This document shows positions 1 through 10,076 of a stretch of DNA of 64,000 nt, one piece after another; positions within the stretch are counted from its first letter, which is position 1, and the number at the start of each line of letters is the position of its first letter. Location: the IMG/VR virus record IMGVR_UViG_3300006141_000002. One strand, 5' to 3'. The position numbers were made by a program, and so were the translations under genes. The notes beneath the pieces were generated by a model, which was given only the letters and a program-made list of their open reading frames with translations, searched no databases and was not told the DNA's origin. This stretch comes from a virus. Lineage: Duplodnaviria; Heunggongvirae; Uroviricota; Caudoviricetes.

Positions 1-231
1 ATTGGGTTGCTGTTCAGCATGGCTTGCGCTTCTTTTCTCACGCGGTCCATGTCCTTTTGCAGAACCGTGAACTTATTGCTGATCTTGATCTGACCGACCA
101 TGCTGTTGATTTGCTTGTTGAACTCAGCCTTACTCGACCGATCAACAGTAAGTTTAACCTTCGCGCCAAAACCTGCCATTTTTATCACCGTCCTTAGAAA
201 AATGGGCAGGATTTCTCCCGCCCATCAATGA

Positions 232-687
232 TTAAAAATATCTGTCCAGCCCGGACTGTATTGCATTCCGAATTGCCGAACTATGATCTATTTCTTTTTG
301 CGCATTACCGATTGCAGGTCTTGGGAATCCATTCCTCCAGATTCCCATTCTTCCTGTCTCTAATAACTTCAGAAATGATCCAGGCCGCCTGTTATGGAAG
401 CTGTACCCAGGAACAACCGACTTCGACGCGGTCGCCCTGCTTGTCACCATGATTTCATCATCATTCACAAACTCGCAATATACAGAGCTGTTAAGTACAT
501 GGCGGCGTTGATATGTCGTTCCGTTAACCCACCCATGTGGAGTTGGAGTGTATACATCATAAATGTCACTCTGGATATGTTTTTTAACAATTTCCTTTGC
601 AACAGGTGCCACATCTCGTTTCAAAACATCATGGCACTTCTTTTGCGCTGCATCACAAAGTTCTTCCCAGCTACCATAATCAGGCAT
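232..687 (-). CDS. hypothetical phage protein (structural-module end)
   Basis: ORF in co-directional minus-strand structural module; no recognisable motif. Confidence 0.35.
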   Translation of the reverse strand: MPDYGSWEELCDAAQKKCHDVLKRDVAPVAKEIVKKHIQSDIYDVYTPTPHGWVNGTTYQRRHVLNSSVYCEFVNDDEIMVTSRATASKSVVPGYSFHNRRPGSFLKLLETGRMGIWRNGFPRPAIGNAQKEIDHSSAIRNAIQSGLDRYF

Positions 688-692
688 TGCTA

Positions 693-1355
693 TCAGACCT
701 TCCTCTTGCGAAGCGTAACAACGTCTCCGTCAGAAGCCACTACGACATTATCATTGGGATGCTCATTCGTCTTCTTCTGCGCATCAAACACAGCCTCAAC
801 CAGCTTGCTCTCATCAATGCTACCGGCATTGGCAAGATTCTTCACCAGCGTAGCCATGTCGTCCCCCTTAACAGAACCAAACAGTTCTTCGCTGTTGTTG
901 ATAAAGGAATTCAACTTTGCGGTCAGTTCTGCCATCTGGGCTGCAAGTGCATTCTCTGCCATAGCGACACCATGACGAATACGCTCGTTGATAGCGTACA
1001 GAATTTCGTCGTACTGCACCCGGTCAATGTGCCCCATTACCTGCTGAAATGCGTCCGTATTGTAGATCAGGTCATATTGCTTTTCTGGATCTTTGGGAAG
1101 CGTAAAATTCGCATATCGCGTCAAAACAGACGCTCTGACTGTGAATGCCTGGATTTCAGGGATGTACTGTCCAGTCTCCACATCAATGCAGGAAGACACA
1201 ACGTCCTCAACAAACTGGAGAACTTCCTGCAGGGGAAGAATACGACGGATTATGATCTCAATATCAGGGTTCCCATCCATAGGAACCGTAACGGTGTTGT
1301 TCTGCACAATGGATTCAAGTTTATTGATAGAAATTCGATTCGACTTCTTGCTCAT
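693..1355 (-). CDS. hypothetical phage protein
   Basis: 220-aa ORF tightly packed in minus-strand module. Confidence 0.4.
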   Translation of the reverse strand: MSKKSNRISINKLESIVQNNTVTVPMDGNPDIEIIIRRILPLQEVLQFVEDVVSSCIDVETGQYIPEIQAFTVRASVLTRYANFTLPKDPEKQYDLIYNTDAFQQVMGHIDRVQYDEILYAINERIRHGVAMAENALAAQMAELTAKLNSFINNSEELFGSVKGDDMATLVKNLANAGSIDESKLVEAVFDAQKKTNEHPNDNVVVASDGDVVTLRKRKV

Positions 1356-1367
1356 AGCGATTCTCCT

Positions 1368-1937
1368 TTATTTCTTATCTCCGCGTTTGCGGAGCACCTT
1401 GTCCTTTTTCAGTATTTCAACAGCATTTACGATGTAATACCCTTGGCATATCGCGTCTGCCAAGTTATCGTTCTCTGTATCTATACCAAACTGGTCTTTT
1501 ATGAACTGTATGGAAAGGATCTTTGACTGTTTCACGCCTGACCTTTCAAGAGCAAGCACACGGGCGCTTTTTTCTTTTGTGTTACGCCCACGCGCACGAC
1601 AGAAATTCTGCCATTGCGATGGCGCAATATAGCCATACAAGTATTCGTTCTCCTCAAAAAGGTTAACGAGGACGCCCTGAAGCTGTGCCAGCTTCTTGAA
1701 TGAAGACACTGAAACGCGCATCTGTATGTCCTCAATAAACACAGCGTCAATGTCGTATGTTTTCAACACCGCTGCAATCAGCTCTTTGATGTGCATAATT
1801 GCTTTTGCGTATGTATACTTCTCAAGAGAAAACTCAAACGTGCCATACCCAATCAGCTCGCCTTTCTCATAGTCAAAGACAGCCCAAGCCCCATTCCGCG
1901 CCTGGTCGATTGCAAGGATGTTCAAATATATCACCAC
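1368..1937 (-). CDS. RuvC-like Holliday junction resolvase (phage type)
   Basis: N-terminal LAIDQARNGAWAVFD resembles the RuvC/YqgF catalytic Asp strand; size 189 aa. Confidence 0.45.
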   Translation of the reverse strand: MVIYLNILAIDQARNGAWAVFDYEKGELIGYGTFEFSLEKYTYAKAIMHIKELIAAVLKTYDIDAVFIEDIQMRVSVSSFKKLAQLQGVLVNLFEENEYLYGYIAPSQWQNFCRARGRNTKEKSARVLALERSGVKQSKILSIQFIKDQFGIDTENDNLADAICQGYYIVNAVEILKKDKVLRKRGDKK

Positions 1938-1985
1938 ACAAAAACAGGGGAGGGGAGATCTTTCTTCTCCTCCTCCCCAAAGAAT

Positions 1986-2297
1986 TTAGTTTTCTGCAGG
2001 CGCGTCAACTTCTGGCTCTGCGGGCTGAATGTCCTGCTTGACAGCAGAGGCCGTCTCAGAGGCCACAGGAGCCTGTCTGATGGCCACCTCGCGCCGGGTA
2101 TGTACTTTCCTGTCCTTCGGCTTAGGAGCCGGATTACGGGCCTCCTGCACGCGCTGGAAGTAAGTCTGCCCGCACTCAGGAGAACAGCACATCTCACGCC
2201 AGTTGAAGACGCCGCTGCCGTTTTTGATACTGCGGCAGGACTCATAAGTCTTACCGCAAACGCGACATACCTTCGTCTGTTTTGGCATAGTTACCAC
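1986..2297 (-). CDS. small Cys4 zinc-ribbon protein
   Basis: CRVCG...CCSPECG pairs of cysteines; 103 aa. Confidence 0.4.
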   Translation of the reverse strand: MVTMPKQTKVCRVCGKTYESCRSIKNGSGVFNWREMCCSPECGQTYFQRVQEARNPAPKPKDRKVHTRREVAIRQAPVASETASAVKQDIQPAEPEVDAPAEN

Positions 2298-2305
2298 CTC
2301 GCAAA

Positions 2306-3163
2306 TTACTCAGCGTCAGGGGTATCTTCGCCAAAAATGGTATAAGTCCACAGGGTAGCACCGGAATTGCCATTGCCTGCACCGTTACAAGCGCTGCCAG
2401 CAAGAGAACGGGCCTCGAACGCATGGGCGCTCTGGTTCTCGCCGAACTCCAGGTCAAAGTTGCCGTTGAAGTCGGCCTTCGGGATGTAGAACTGCACACG
2501 GAACACATTGGCGCACTTGTCCTCGGCAAAAGCGTCCACGTACAGAGACACCTTCTCGGAATAGTGGTCAGAAAGGTTCTCCAGCACATTGGCCTGAATC
2601 TTGCGGAAGTAGTACACGGCGATCTCTTCGCCGTCCGCAACGTCAGCCGGAACAGCAGGATCAGCAGCCGAATCACCAGGATAGAACTCGATCTCGCGGG
2701 TGTCGGGGTCGTAGGTGAACTTGCCGGGGCCGACGGCAGAATCCTGGGTCAGCGCTGTGCCAAGCGTACCATCGTTATTGCGGATATAGATGGTCTCAAT
2801 CTCATTACCGGCGGTGCCGACTGCCTTGTAGGATGTAGTCGCCTTGTTGCCAGCCACAGTCAGGTAGTCGGGGTACATGATGGAAGTCATCTTCTTTTCA
2901 AAGGCGCTGCCGGTCTGGGTCTCAAGCAGGCCGCCGGAGATCAGACCGTTGCTGCCGCTCACAGTCACAGCCTTGTTCTTCTTCAGCGTGTTCAGCAGCC
3001 GTCCCTGCTTACCGGTGATGTCGGTCGTTTCCTGCGTGTTTGCGATTGTCGCGTTCTGAAGTTCGTCCAGGACCCACTTGAACGCACCTGAACTGATGTC
3101 AAACGCAGTGATCGTTTCGATACTGGTCACGGTAATATCGTTGACATTAACCATTGATATCAT
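2306..3163 (-). CDS. phage structural protein, possible major tail/tube protein
   Basis: 285 aa, Thr/Gly/Ser rich, positioned after head-tail joining genes. Confidence 0.35.
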   Translation of the reverse strand: MISMVNVNDITVTSIETITAFDISSGAFKWVLDELQNATIANTQETTDITGKQGRLLNTLKKNKAVTVSGSNGLISGGLLETQTGSAFEKKMTSIMYPDYLTVAGNKATTSYKAVGTAGNEIETIYIRNNDGTLGTALTQDSAVGPGKFTYDPDTREIEFYPGDSAADPAVPADVADGEEIAVYYFRKIQANVLENLSDHYSEKVSLYVDAFAEDKCANVFRVQFYIPKADFNGNFDLEFGENQSAHAFEARSLAGSACNGAGNGNSGATLWTYTIFGEDTPDAE

Positions 3164-3167
3164 CCTC

Positions 3168-3881
3168 CTATTTTGATGTCAGCCAGTTTAGTCGATCCTG
3201 GCTCAATTCCTTTGCGTTGATCGTCCCTGCATAGCAGCCGATCATTGTGTTGTCGTAATTGATCTTCCTGATAATTTGATAAACACTGGCGTGAAACTGG
3301 TAAATCGTTAAGTCTCTTGTTTCCTCGTACCCGTACTTGTATTGCTCGGTGTTGACCATCGCAATAATCAGGTCTTCCAACTGCGACTTATGCGGTCTGC
3401 GTGCCGCTCTCTTTTGCTTGATGCGTGCACGTTCGATCATGTATTTTTTGGCTTCTTCATTGCCGGGATTTTTGTCGCTCTTTTCAAGGTGGTTGATCTT
3501 GCGTATCACTCTCCGAATCTGGTCATGAATAGCCCGATCTATCACAATATCTTTATCCTGATCCACCAGGACAACTTTCCCGTTCTTCTCGTTGATTGCC
3601 GTTTTGAATCCGGATAGATCGAGGTCCCCAAAAACAAGGCTTGTGTCTGTTGACCTGATTCCGTTAAAAAGTAATAAAAAAAGCTCGAACGATGAAATCG
3701 AGGAAAAGTCGATTCCTATATCGTCAAGCTGAACCATGAAGTCTGACGGGGTTGCGATGATGGATGTAATAAGACCATAATATTCGGCTTCGTTATCCCA
3801 TATCTGACCAACTGTTGGTATTGTGATTGAGATGTAATCATTGACCGGGAAAGATCGCGCATACAAATACCCGCTACTCAT
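3168..3881 (-). CDS. hypothetical phage morphogenesis protein
   Basis: ORF overlapping neighbours by 4 nt in structural operon. Confidence 0.4.
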   Translation of the reverse strand: MSSGYLYARSFPVNDYISITIPTVGQIWDNEAEYYGLITSIIATPSDFMVQLDDIGIDFSSISSFELFLLLFNGIRSTDTSLVFGDLDLSGFKTAINEKNGKVVLVDQDKDIVIDRAIHDQIRRVIRKINHLEKSDKNPGNEEAKKYMIERARIKQKRAARRPHKSQLEDLIIAMVNTEQYKYGYEETRDLTIYQFHASVYQIIRKINYDNTMIGCYAGTINAKELSQDRLNWLTSK

Positions 3882-4384
3882 GGCCTCTTACGATTTGCCG
3901 GCGGCTTTTTGGATATGCCAAGACGATTAAAGTCCTTTGCCGCATATGTCATAACGCGGCCTTGGTAATCTGAAATCGGGGAAAACCTGCCCACTGAATA
4001 CAGATCCAATTCGCCAAGCCCAAAATATCTGCTGCCGTTTAGCTCCTTGTTGATTTCAACGGCCAGTTGATCCGTGCGAATGCCACCTTGACTCAAACGC
4101 ATTTTGCTTTTATGGGCGAACACCCATAAGTAAAGCACTGGCTCGTAATATGTCTTGTCGTATACTTGTGCGATATCCACATCAAAGCAGATGAATATTC
4201 TGCCATCATCCACAGTCTCCGGGATGTATTCAAACGGAAATAGTTGAGTGTATGCCAAGCTGTAATTTGGAACCGGTGCGCTCTCGCTATCTGTCACTAA
4301 CCTGACAATATTCTCGTTCTTGCACAACGTTTCCATCAGCTTGTTCTTGTAGTCAAAAAATTCATTAAGAAGCATTACAACCAC
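3878..4384 (-). CDS. hypothetical phage morphogenesis protein
   Basis: translationally coupled ORF in structural operon. Confidence 0.4.
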   Translation of the reverse strand: MVVMLLNEFFDYKNKLMETLCKNENIVRLVTDSESAPVPNYSLAYTQLFPFEYIPETVDDGRIFICFDVDIAQVYDKTYYEPVLYLWVFAHKSKMRLSQGGIRTDQLAVEINKELNGSRYFGLGELDLYSVGRFSPISDYQGRVMTYAAKDFNRLGISKKPPANRKRP

Positions 4385-5187
4385 ACCCCATTTCTCTCAA
4401 TTTCTTCTTGTGTGGCCTTATCCTTCTCGACAGCCGCAGCCGCAATTTCTTCAAATGTCGCCTCTATCTTGGTGTCTGGCGTAATACGGTCAGTCCGTGG
4501 CTTCCAGCTATAATAATCTGCAATTCGCAACTGAGTATTATCATTGTCTGTCAGATTTGACTCTCCCATGATAAACCGAAATACACCTTTACCATTGAAG
4601 ACATTGAACATCTTATTGGGCTTTGTTACCTCGAACGCAAGCACATCTTTCGAGTCTATATCGTCAATCAGGAATCTCCTTCCACGACTGATTTGGCTTG
4701 TCTCCGTGTCCTTGCCGATAGTAACAGCCATTCTGGCATCACCAATCGACATAGTATCTTCTTCGCGTTCACCAATCAGATACTTAGTTCCGTCTTCAAC
4801 GACACACCAGCGACCAATTACATTGCCTTTATCATTGATCCATTTGAGGTAGTAGTTGCAGCGCCGCATCTTCCCCTCAGAGCATAGCTCCTTATGGGCA
4901 TTCAGTTCTGTGATTAGCCAATACGAGTCTTCCCATTCAATAACTGATCCATGTGGAAGTGTCTCGCCAGGCATGGAGAAGATTTTCTTAGTCCCAAAAT
5001 CATTTGAGACATCGACAATCGCCATTTGCATATCTGCGCCTGAGCACTTTACGCGCTTATACGAAAGGGAAGAAACAAGCTTTCGACGCATTCTGCTTTG
5101 GATGTGATCTTGGGCGGAGTTCCAGCGTGGGTCCATATCCTGATTCCCTTGCGCAAACCGCGCCTCATAAGTGCTCCATACACTCAT
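4375..5187 (-). CDS. hypothetical phage structural protein
   Basis: 270-aa ORF in structural operon. Confidence 0.4.
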   Translation of the reverse strand: MSVWSTYEARFAQGNQDMDPRWNSAQDHIQSRMRRKLVSSLSYKRVKCSGADMQMAIVDVSNDFGTKKIFSMPGETLPHGSVIEWEDSYWLITELNAHKELCSEGKMRRCNYYLKWINDKGNVIGRWCVVEDGTKYLIGEREEDTMSIGDARMAVTIGKDTETSQISRGRRFLIDDIDSKDVLAFEVTKPNKMFNVFNGKGVFRFIMGESNLTDNDNTQLRIADYYSWKPRTDRITPDTKIEATFEEIAAAAVEKDKATQEEIERNGVWL

Positions 5188-5192
5188 TCAGA

Positions 5193-5522
5193 TCACCCCT
5201 CCCCACCGCAATATTTTTCTCGTAGCTTTTTGCAAATCGAAATTGCCTTGAATACTTCGCGTTTAACCACCGGCGTATCACAATCATTGTCAATCAGATA
5301 TTGGAGAATTGACAGAAGCGCCATATACATGGAGTCATATTTGAGATACCGCATCAAGCCCTTATGCCCAAGCAGCTCCACTTGTAGGCTCCGCATGAAC
5401 TCGTTCAAAGAGGGCTCCCCGCTTTCTTTAATGGGGAGAATTTTGAAGAACTGGTTCACAAGGCCGCCCAAATAGTTCCCAACCATTTCAGTAGGGATGT
5501 TATAACCATTTGTCGTTCTCAT
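5193..5522 (-). CDS. hypothetical head-tail connector-sized protein
   Basis: 109 aa, between capsid and tail genes. Confidence 0.35.
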   Translation of the reverse strand: MRTTNGYNIPTEMVGNYLGGLVNQFFKILPIKESGEPSLNEFMRSLQVELLGHKGLMRYLKYDSMYMALLSILQYLIDNDCDTPVVKREVFKAISICKKLREKYCGGEG

Positions 5523-6016
5523 AGCGCAAGATTACTCAAGTCTCCATGGTTATACGAGTATTCCCTCACCATATTCCTGAAGTCCCTCTTTGCTTCGTTA
5601 TAGGCGCTGGTGATTCGATACAGCAATTCAGCCGGGGAATATGCTGAAAAATCCGCAGTATTCAATACATTTTCAAGATTGTCTGCCCGGAAAAAGTACG
5701 GCTTCATCCATTGTACCAGCATACCCTCCGATACAATATCAACGATTTCGTCCAGGTCTTCTTCCAATTCCTTATCCAATCGTTTCTGCAACTCTCCGTC
5801 TGGATCATCTCTGTCTGTCTTGATGATGAACTCTCGCACGTTGTCATCCGCAGTATTTGTAAGGTCATATTTACAGACATGCTTGAACGCAGCGATAGCA
5901 CGTTTCATATATCCATCCACGGTCTTGTTCCTGTCATAATCGTCAAGCCGCAGAAAATCATACTCAGTAACTTTCCCGAGAAATGCGCCGGCGAATACAT
6001 CGTATGGTACGTTCAT
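5519..6016 (-). CDS. hypothetical head-tail joining protein
   Basis: 165 aa ORF, 4-nt overlap with downstream gene. Confidence 0.35.
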   Translation of the reverse strand: MNVPYDVFAGAFLGKVTEYDFLRLDDYDRNKTVDGYMKRAIAAFKHVCKYDLTNTADDNVREFIIKTDRDDPDGELQKRLDKELEEDLDEIVDIVSEGMLVQWMKPYFFRADNLENVLNTADFSAYSPAELLYRITSAYNEAKRDFRNMVREYSYNHGDLSNLAL

Positions 6017-6028
6017 AAGACACCTCCG

Positions 6029-6631
6029 TTATCTCTCAATCAGATCGATAGAGAGGCTTTCCTCCAACGCATTGATGACTTTGATCGAATCGATCTCGCC
6101 CTCCTGAATAAGCTGTTTTGCACGGAACGCAACGGACTTTTTCTGTCCGTCAGACAGTTTAGCGACAGTCTCCTTGATCTCATCTGGTGTTCCAGAGAAC
6201 AGATCGTTGAAGGATTCGCTGTTCAGGGCGTGCTTGTAATACTGCGTCATACCAAGCCACTCGATAACCTCCGGGTCATCAAACAGGAACCAGTTATTGA
6301 TGAAAAACGCCTTGTATGTATTCCTGGCTGCTTTCAGATCCTGCAGTTCCATCTCCTGCTCGCTTCCGAAAACATCCCATACAAATACCTCGCCGGTTCT
6401 TTTGCTCTTATACACCAATGTGCCGTTGAAACCGTTCTTAACTGTAACGACCATATTGGGGTTGAGGTCATTCTTGACCTTATAGACTGGTTTCTCTGCG
6501 GGTGCGGCGACCGTTTCAGCAGCCACTTCTGCAGCCGCAGGCACCGTCTCCACCGCCTTTTTAGCTTTAGTAGAGCTTTTTGATGTGGCAGTTGTCTTCC
6601 GAACCTTGCTGCCAGTGGTAGTATTAGGCAT
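6029..6631 (-). CDS. hypothetical protein with Lys/Ala-rich N-terminus
   Basis: 200 aa, immediately downstream of capsid gene. Confidence 0.4.
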   Translation of the reverse strand: MPNTTTGSKVRKTTATSKSSTKAKKAVETVPAAAEVAAETVAAPAEKPVYKVKNDLNPNMVVTVKNGFNGTLVYKSKRTGEVFVWDVFGSEQEMELQDLKAARNTYKAFFINNWFLFDDPEVIEWLGMTQYYKHALNSESFNDLFSGTPDEIKETVAKLSDGQKKSVAFRAKQLIQEGEIDSIKVINALEESLSIDLIER

Positions 6632-6706
6632 GATTCACATTCCTTTCATTCAGCATATAAGTGGCAGCCCCGCAAAACACGAAGCTGCCACTTGGTGTTG
6701 TCTTTG

Positions 6707-7732
6707 TTACGCCATCTCGTAACGGCCGATGCCAGCGTTGCCGCCAGCCAGGACGATACCCATGCCGTAACGATCAGCATAGTAGTAGTCCTGGGTCATA
6801 TCGGCATTCTTGAACATGTCGCCCATGATGACAGTGGACTGACCCTCATACACGCACTTGATTGGCTTGTCGTCTCCGGCAATGATGGTCAGGGTGTTGT
6901 CGGGGAAGATAAAGTCAGTAGAACCGACCTTGTGGCGCTGAGGAGTCACCACGACGCTTGTTCCATAGAACTTGCCATAGTAGCCCATGTTATACAGGTC
7001 GCTCTTGGAATCTGTACCCTCAATAGCTGGCGCCAGATTGCGGACAGCCTTCTTGGTGCCGATGATGGTTGCGTTGCGGCCATTCGCGGCGGCCTCGACA
7101 TGGTTAATCAGGTCGAGCAGAGCGTCCTCGTCATATGTACCAGCAGCAGGGAAATAAGTCGTGCCACCGAAGTCAGCGGAAGTGGCGGTGCTCCACAGTC
7201 CGTAGATGTCATCCAGCAGCTTCCGGCGGAAGGATTCGGCGACCTTGTTGATGAAGTAGTTGAAGTCCACCTGACCAGACAGCACCCGGTTCATTTCCTC
7301 ATAAATCTTAACGACCTTGAGATGAGTGGGGATAGAGGTCTGCGTGACCCCGCCGAGGCGCTGCCGGCGGATGCCCTGAGTTCCCTCAGTGGCGTCGGCA
7401 ACCACAAACAAGTTGCTGTCCTCGACCTCAAAAATGTTCTTGTCGCCCAGGGCGACATTGCGGAAATCGACCAGAGCGTTGAAATACTCGTCGCCCTGGA
7501 AACCCTCGACGACAGTGCGGGACAGGATTTCCTCGATCAGAGTAAACAGGCCAACGCACTTACCGTCGCGGATCGCCTTATAGTCCATCTTCGTGGAACC
7601 GTTGTTGGCGGCAACCAGCGCCTGACGCAGCGTGTCCATGGACTCGTTCATGGAATACTTGCCAGTGGTAACGCCATGATAAGCGTCAACAGCAAGCCGA
7701 ACAATTTCATTCATTTCAGCCATCTTTTTCAC
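6707..7732 (-). CDS. major capsid protein (HK97-like fold inferred)
   Basis: 341 aa, position after protease/scaffold, Gly-rich C-terminal half typical of HK97-type capsids. Confidence 0.55.
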   Translation of the reverse strand: MKKMAEMNEIVRLAVDAYHGVTTGKYSMNESMDTLRQALVAANNGSTKMDYKAIRDGKCVGLFTLIEEILSRTVVEGFQGDEYFNALVDFRNVALGDKNIFEVEDSNLFVVADATEGTQGIRRQRLGGVTQTSIPTHLKVVKIYEEMNRVLSGQVDFNYFINKVAESFRRKLLDDIYGLWSTATSADFGGTTYFPAAGTYDEDALLDLINHVEAAANGRNATIIGTKKAVRNLAPAIEGTDSKSDLYNMGYYGKFYGTSVVVTPQRHKVGSTDFIFPDNTLTIIAGDDKPIKCVYEGQSTVIMGDMFKNADMTQDYYYADRYGMGIVLAGGNAGIGRYEMA

Positions 7733-7741
7733 CCTCCTTCA

Positions 7742-8239
7742 TTAGGCTTCCGTATTACCAATACGGATCACATAGTAGGTGTAGCGACCGGCAGCTTCAA
7801 CGGCCTGCGTAGTTCCCAGACCAGAACCGGAAGCATTGATCTTACCGTCTGCGCCGATACCAACGGCGTCGCCCTTGGCGGGAGCAGTGCCGCCAACAAA
7901 GCCTTCCTTTGTGACGCTGAACATATTGCGGCTGCGCAGGATGTACCCACGGCAGATGGAGCCAGCATCGTTGATAAACTCATCCAGGTTCTTCTTTCGC
8001 TCATCGTAGAAGACTTCCTCAGAGCCAATAACGACGCAATCAGACAGCTTGCTGGAAGCGGTCGCAAGAACACCCTTCCATACCTCACGCTCGCCGTCCT
8101 CATACTCCTTCAGCTCGACAATGGCGCCATTCTCCACGGCAATAGGTTCGTCACTTGCATCATAGACACGGACAGAGACCAGATCCACGCCAGAATCCGT
8201 TCCGTGCATCAGGTCAGACCGAAAAACTGTATAAGCCAT
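7742..8239 (-). CDS. hypothetical head protein (decoration/scaffold-associated?)
   Basis: 165 aa between scaffold and capsid. Confidence 0.35.
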   Translation of the reverse strand: MAYTVFRSDLMHGTDSGVDLVSVRVYDASDEPIAVENGAIVELKEYEDGEREVWKGVLATASSKLSDCVVIGSEEVFYDERKKNLDEFINDAGSICRGYILRSRNMFSVTKEGFVGGTAPAKGDAVGIGADGKINASGSGLGTTQAVEAAGRYTYYVIRIGNTEA

Positions 8240-8268
8240 GATATATTCCTCCTTATAGTGTTACAGCG

Positions 8269-9834
8269 TTATCGCTGTGGTGGGAACTCAACAAAAAGCC
8301 CGCCGTATGGTTCATCAGCCGCGCCTTTTTCGATGGGCAGACGCGGTGTCTTCTGCTTCTGTGCAGAGAATGTCTGGTTTGAAGCATTCCGTCCACGAAT
8401 AGCGAAGCACTTGTCCTCGATATCTTCGATTGACATCTCTGCGCAATTTTCGCGCAGCTTCTCAAACGCCTCGATACCATTCAGATCTGGGAACATAGCA
8501 AAAACTGCACCCTCAGCGGCATCACGCTCATCACTGAGCTTCTGCTGCTTATACTGGCGCAGTTCGTTAAGTTCCGTATTCATTTGTTCGATTGTCCCGA
8601 ACGCAGCTTGGTACTTTCCCTCCAACTCAGCCTTCTCTGTATCAAACTTTGATTGGAGTTCACTTGTTTTTGCGGCAACCGATTTTTCAAGGACCGCATT
8701 GAACATCTCTCGATATGGAGAATCCGCGCTCCCCTCGTTAAAGGGCTCAACAGCGAGCTTCATGCGCTTCTTGCTGGCAAAATCGATCACGACGCGGTCG
8801 CCGTCCATGGAAAATCCAAACCCATACAGATTCCAGTCGCATGTATCTGTCGCATACACCTCAGACAAATCCCTGTCGTAATCCCAGAACCAATAATGGG
8901 AGTCCATACCCCACGAAGTCCCAACCTTCTCCTCGTAAAGCGCATTGAGGAGTTCATCACGGAATGTGCCTTCCAGAGAGAAGTCCTGTGTGCCGTTTTC
9001 GCCGTTGTTGTCATTGCTGGCGGCTTTCATTTCCTCAAACTTTGTCCGCAGTTCATCGAGAGACATATCGTCCACGGAAAAGCCCAGACTCTCAATATCG
9101 AGTCCATATTCAGCGGCCAGCTTCTTTTTCTCGTCCAACTCCTTTTCTCCTCCTTCCGTTGCGAAATTTTGTGTATTATTGTCATCCTGAATAGATGGAT
9201 TGACCGATTTGATGTTTTGTTTCAACTCTTTCATCATCAGAGCAAATTGTTGCCTACAGTTTCCTCTATCAAATAACTGCAGTGATGCAGATTCAAAACA
9301 GGGCTCTACGCCCTCACCGAGCAGGCAGAACGCTGTGAAGATAAACTTCTCGATCACATACAGGTCTCCCTGCATGTGTCCTTCGGTAACTGTAATCTCC
9401 ATCGACTGAGATACGATTCCATCTCGCTTAATCTTGTCATAAGCGGGAGAGCGTTTCCATAGGATCGCGTCCACAATAAAATACTCATGAACAGACCCGT
9501 CTTCTTCCTCGATCTTTTCAAAACTGTATTTTGCCCCCATCGGAATAACGCCGACAGCCGATGTCAAATTGATCAGCTTAACATCGCCAGAATCGGTGGC
9601 CACAATATCTATGTCATGGCCGCCAATCGTATCGGACTCTACATCGTAATTACATACGATTGGACAGTTGAACATTGATGGAATTGCATCTTCTGTACTT
9701 GACTTGTTGATAAATGAGCCATTCCGATTCCCGCCAAGATAAAATGCCTTCAGACGGGCAGAGGCAAACGACTCGTTAATATCGCAAATATCTTCGATAG
9801 AGGAAGTGAACTGCAGACGGATTTGGTTATCCAT
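8269..9834 (-). CDS. prohead protease / scaffold fusion protein (putative)
   Basis: 521 aa; N-terminal globular domain then long coiled-coil, acidic C-terminal half (KELDEKKKLAAEYG..., ELQSKFDTEKAELEGKYQ). Confidence 0.4.
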   Translation of the reverse strand: MDNQIRLQFTSSIEDICDINESFASARLKAFYLGGNRNGSFINKSSTEDAIPSMFNCPIVCNYDVESDTIGGHDIDIVATDSGDVKLINLTSAVGVIPMGAKYSFEKIEEEDGSVHEYFIVDAILWKRSPAYDKIKRDGIVSQSMEITVTEGHMQGDLYVIEKFIFTAFCLLGEGVEPCFESASLQLFDRGNCRQQFALMMKELKQNIKSVNPSIQDDNNTQNFATEGGEKELDEKKKLAAEYGLDIESLGFSVDDMSLDELRTKFEEMKAASNDNNGENGTQDFSLEGTFRDELLNALYEEKVGTSWGMDSHYWFWDYDRDLSEVYATDTCDWNLYGFGFSMDGDRVVIDFASKKRMKLAVEPFNEGSADSPYREMFNAVLEKSVAAKTSELQSKFDTEKAELEGKYQAAFGTIEQMNTELNELRQYKQQKLSDERDAAEGAVFAMFPDLNGIEAFEKLRENCAEMSIEDIEDKCFAIRGRNASNQTFSAQKQKTPRLPIEKGAADEPYGGLFVEFPPQR

Positions 9835-9872
9835 TTACAATGTCACCTCCAACGCACCCATATCACATCCGC

Positions 9873-10064
9873 TTAAAATGTAAGCGTATTGGACAAAACA
9901 AATTTCACACCGACATTATCCAGCTTTCCATCACTGTCAAATGCAATGTCGTTTTTGTTTTGAAATATCCATATATGGTTCCGTTTGTCTTCCTTCATCA
10001 GGGCATATCCAAGCGCAAGCATCAGGTCTCTATCCTGCTCGCTCTTCACATAGACAAAGCGCAT
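9873..10064 (-). CDS. small hypothetical protein
   Basis: 63-aa ORF filling gap between portal and protease genes. Confidence 0.25.
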   Translation of the reverse strand: MRFVYVKSEQDRDLMLALGYALMKEDKRNHIWIFQNKNDIAFDSDGKLDNVGVKFVLSNTLTF

Positions 10065-10076
10065 ACCAGAACCCCC

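Noticed and set aside
6692-8881. 729-aa plus-strand ORF antisense to capsid/scaffold genes
   Set aside because: It has low-complexity Ala/Ser/Gly-rich translation and no RBS. It overlaps well-supported minus-strand structural genes.
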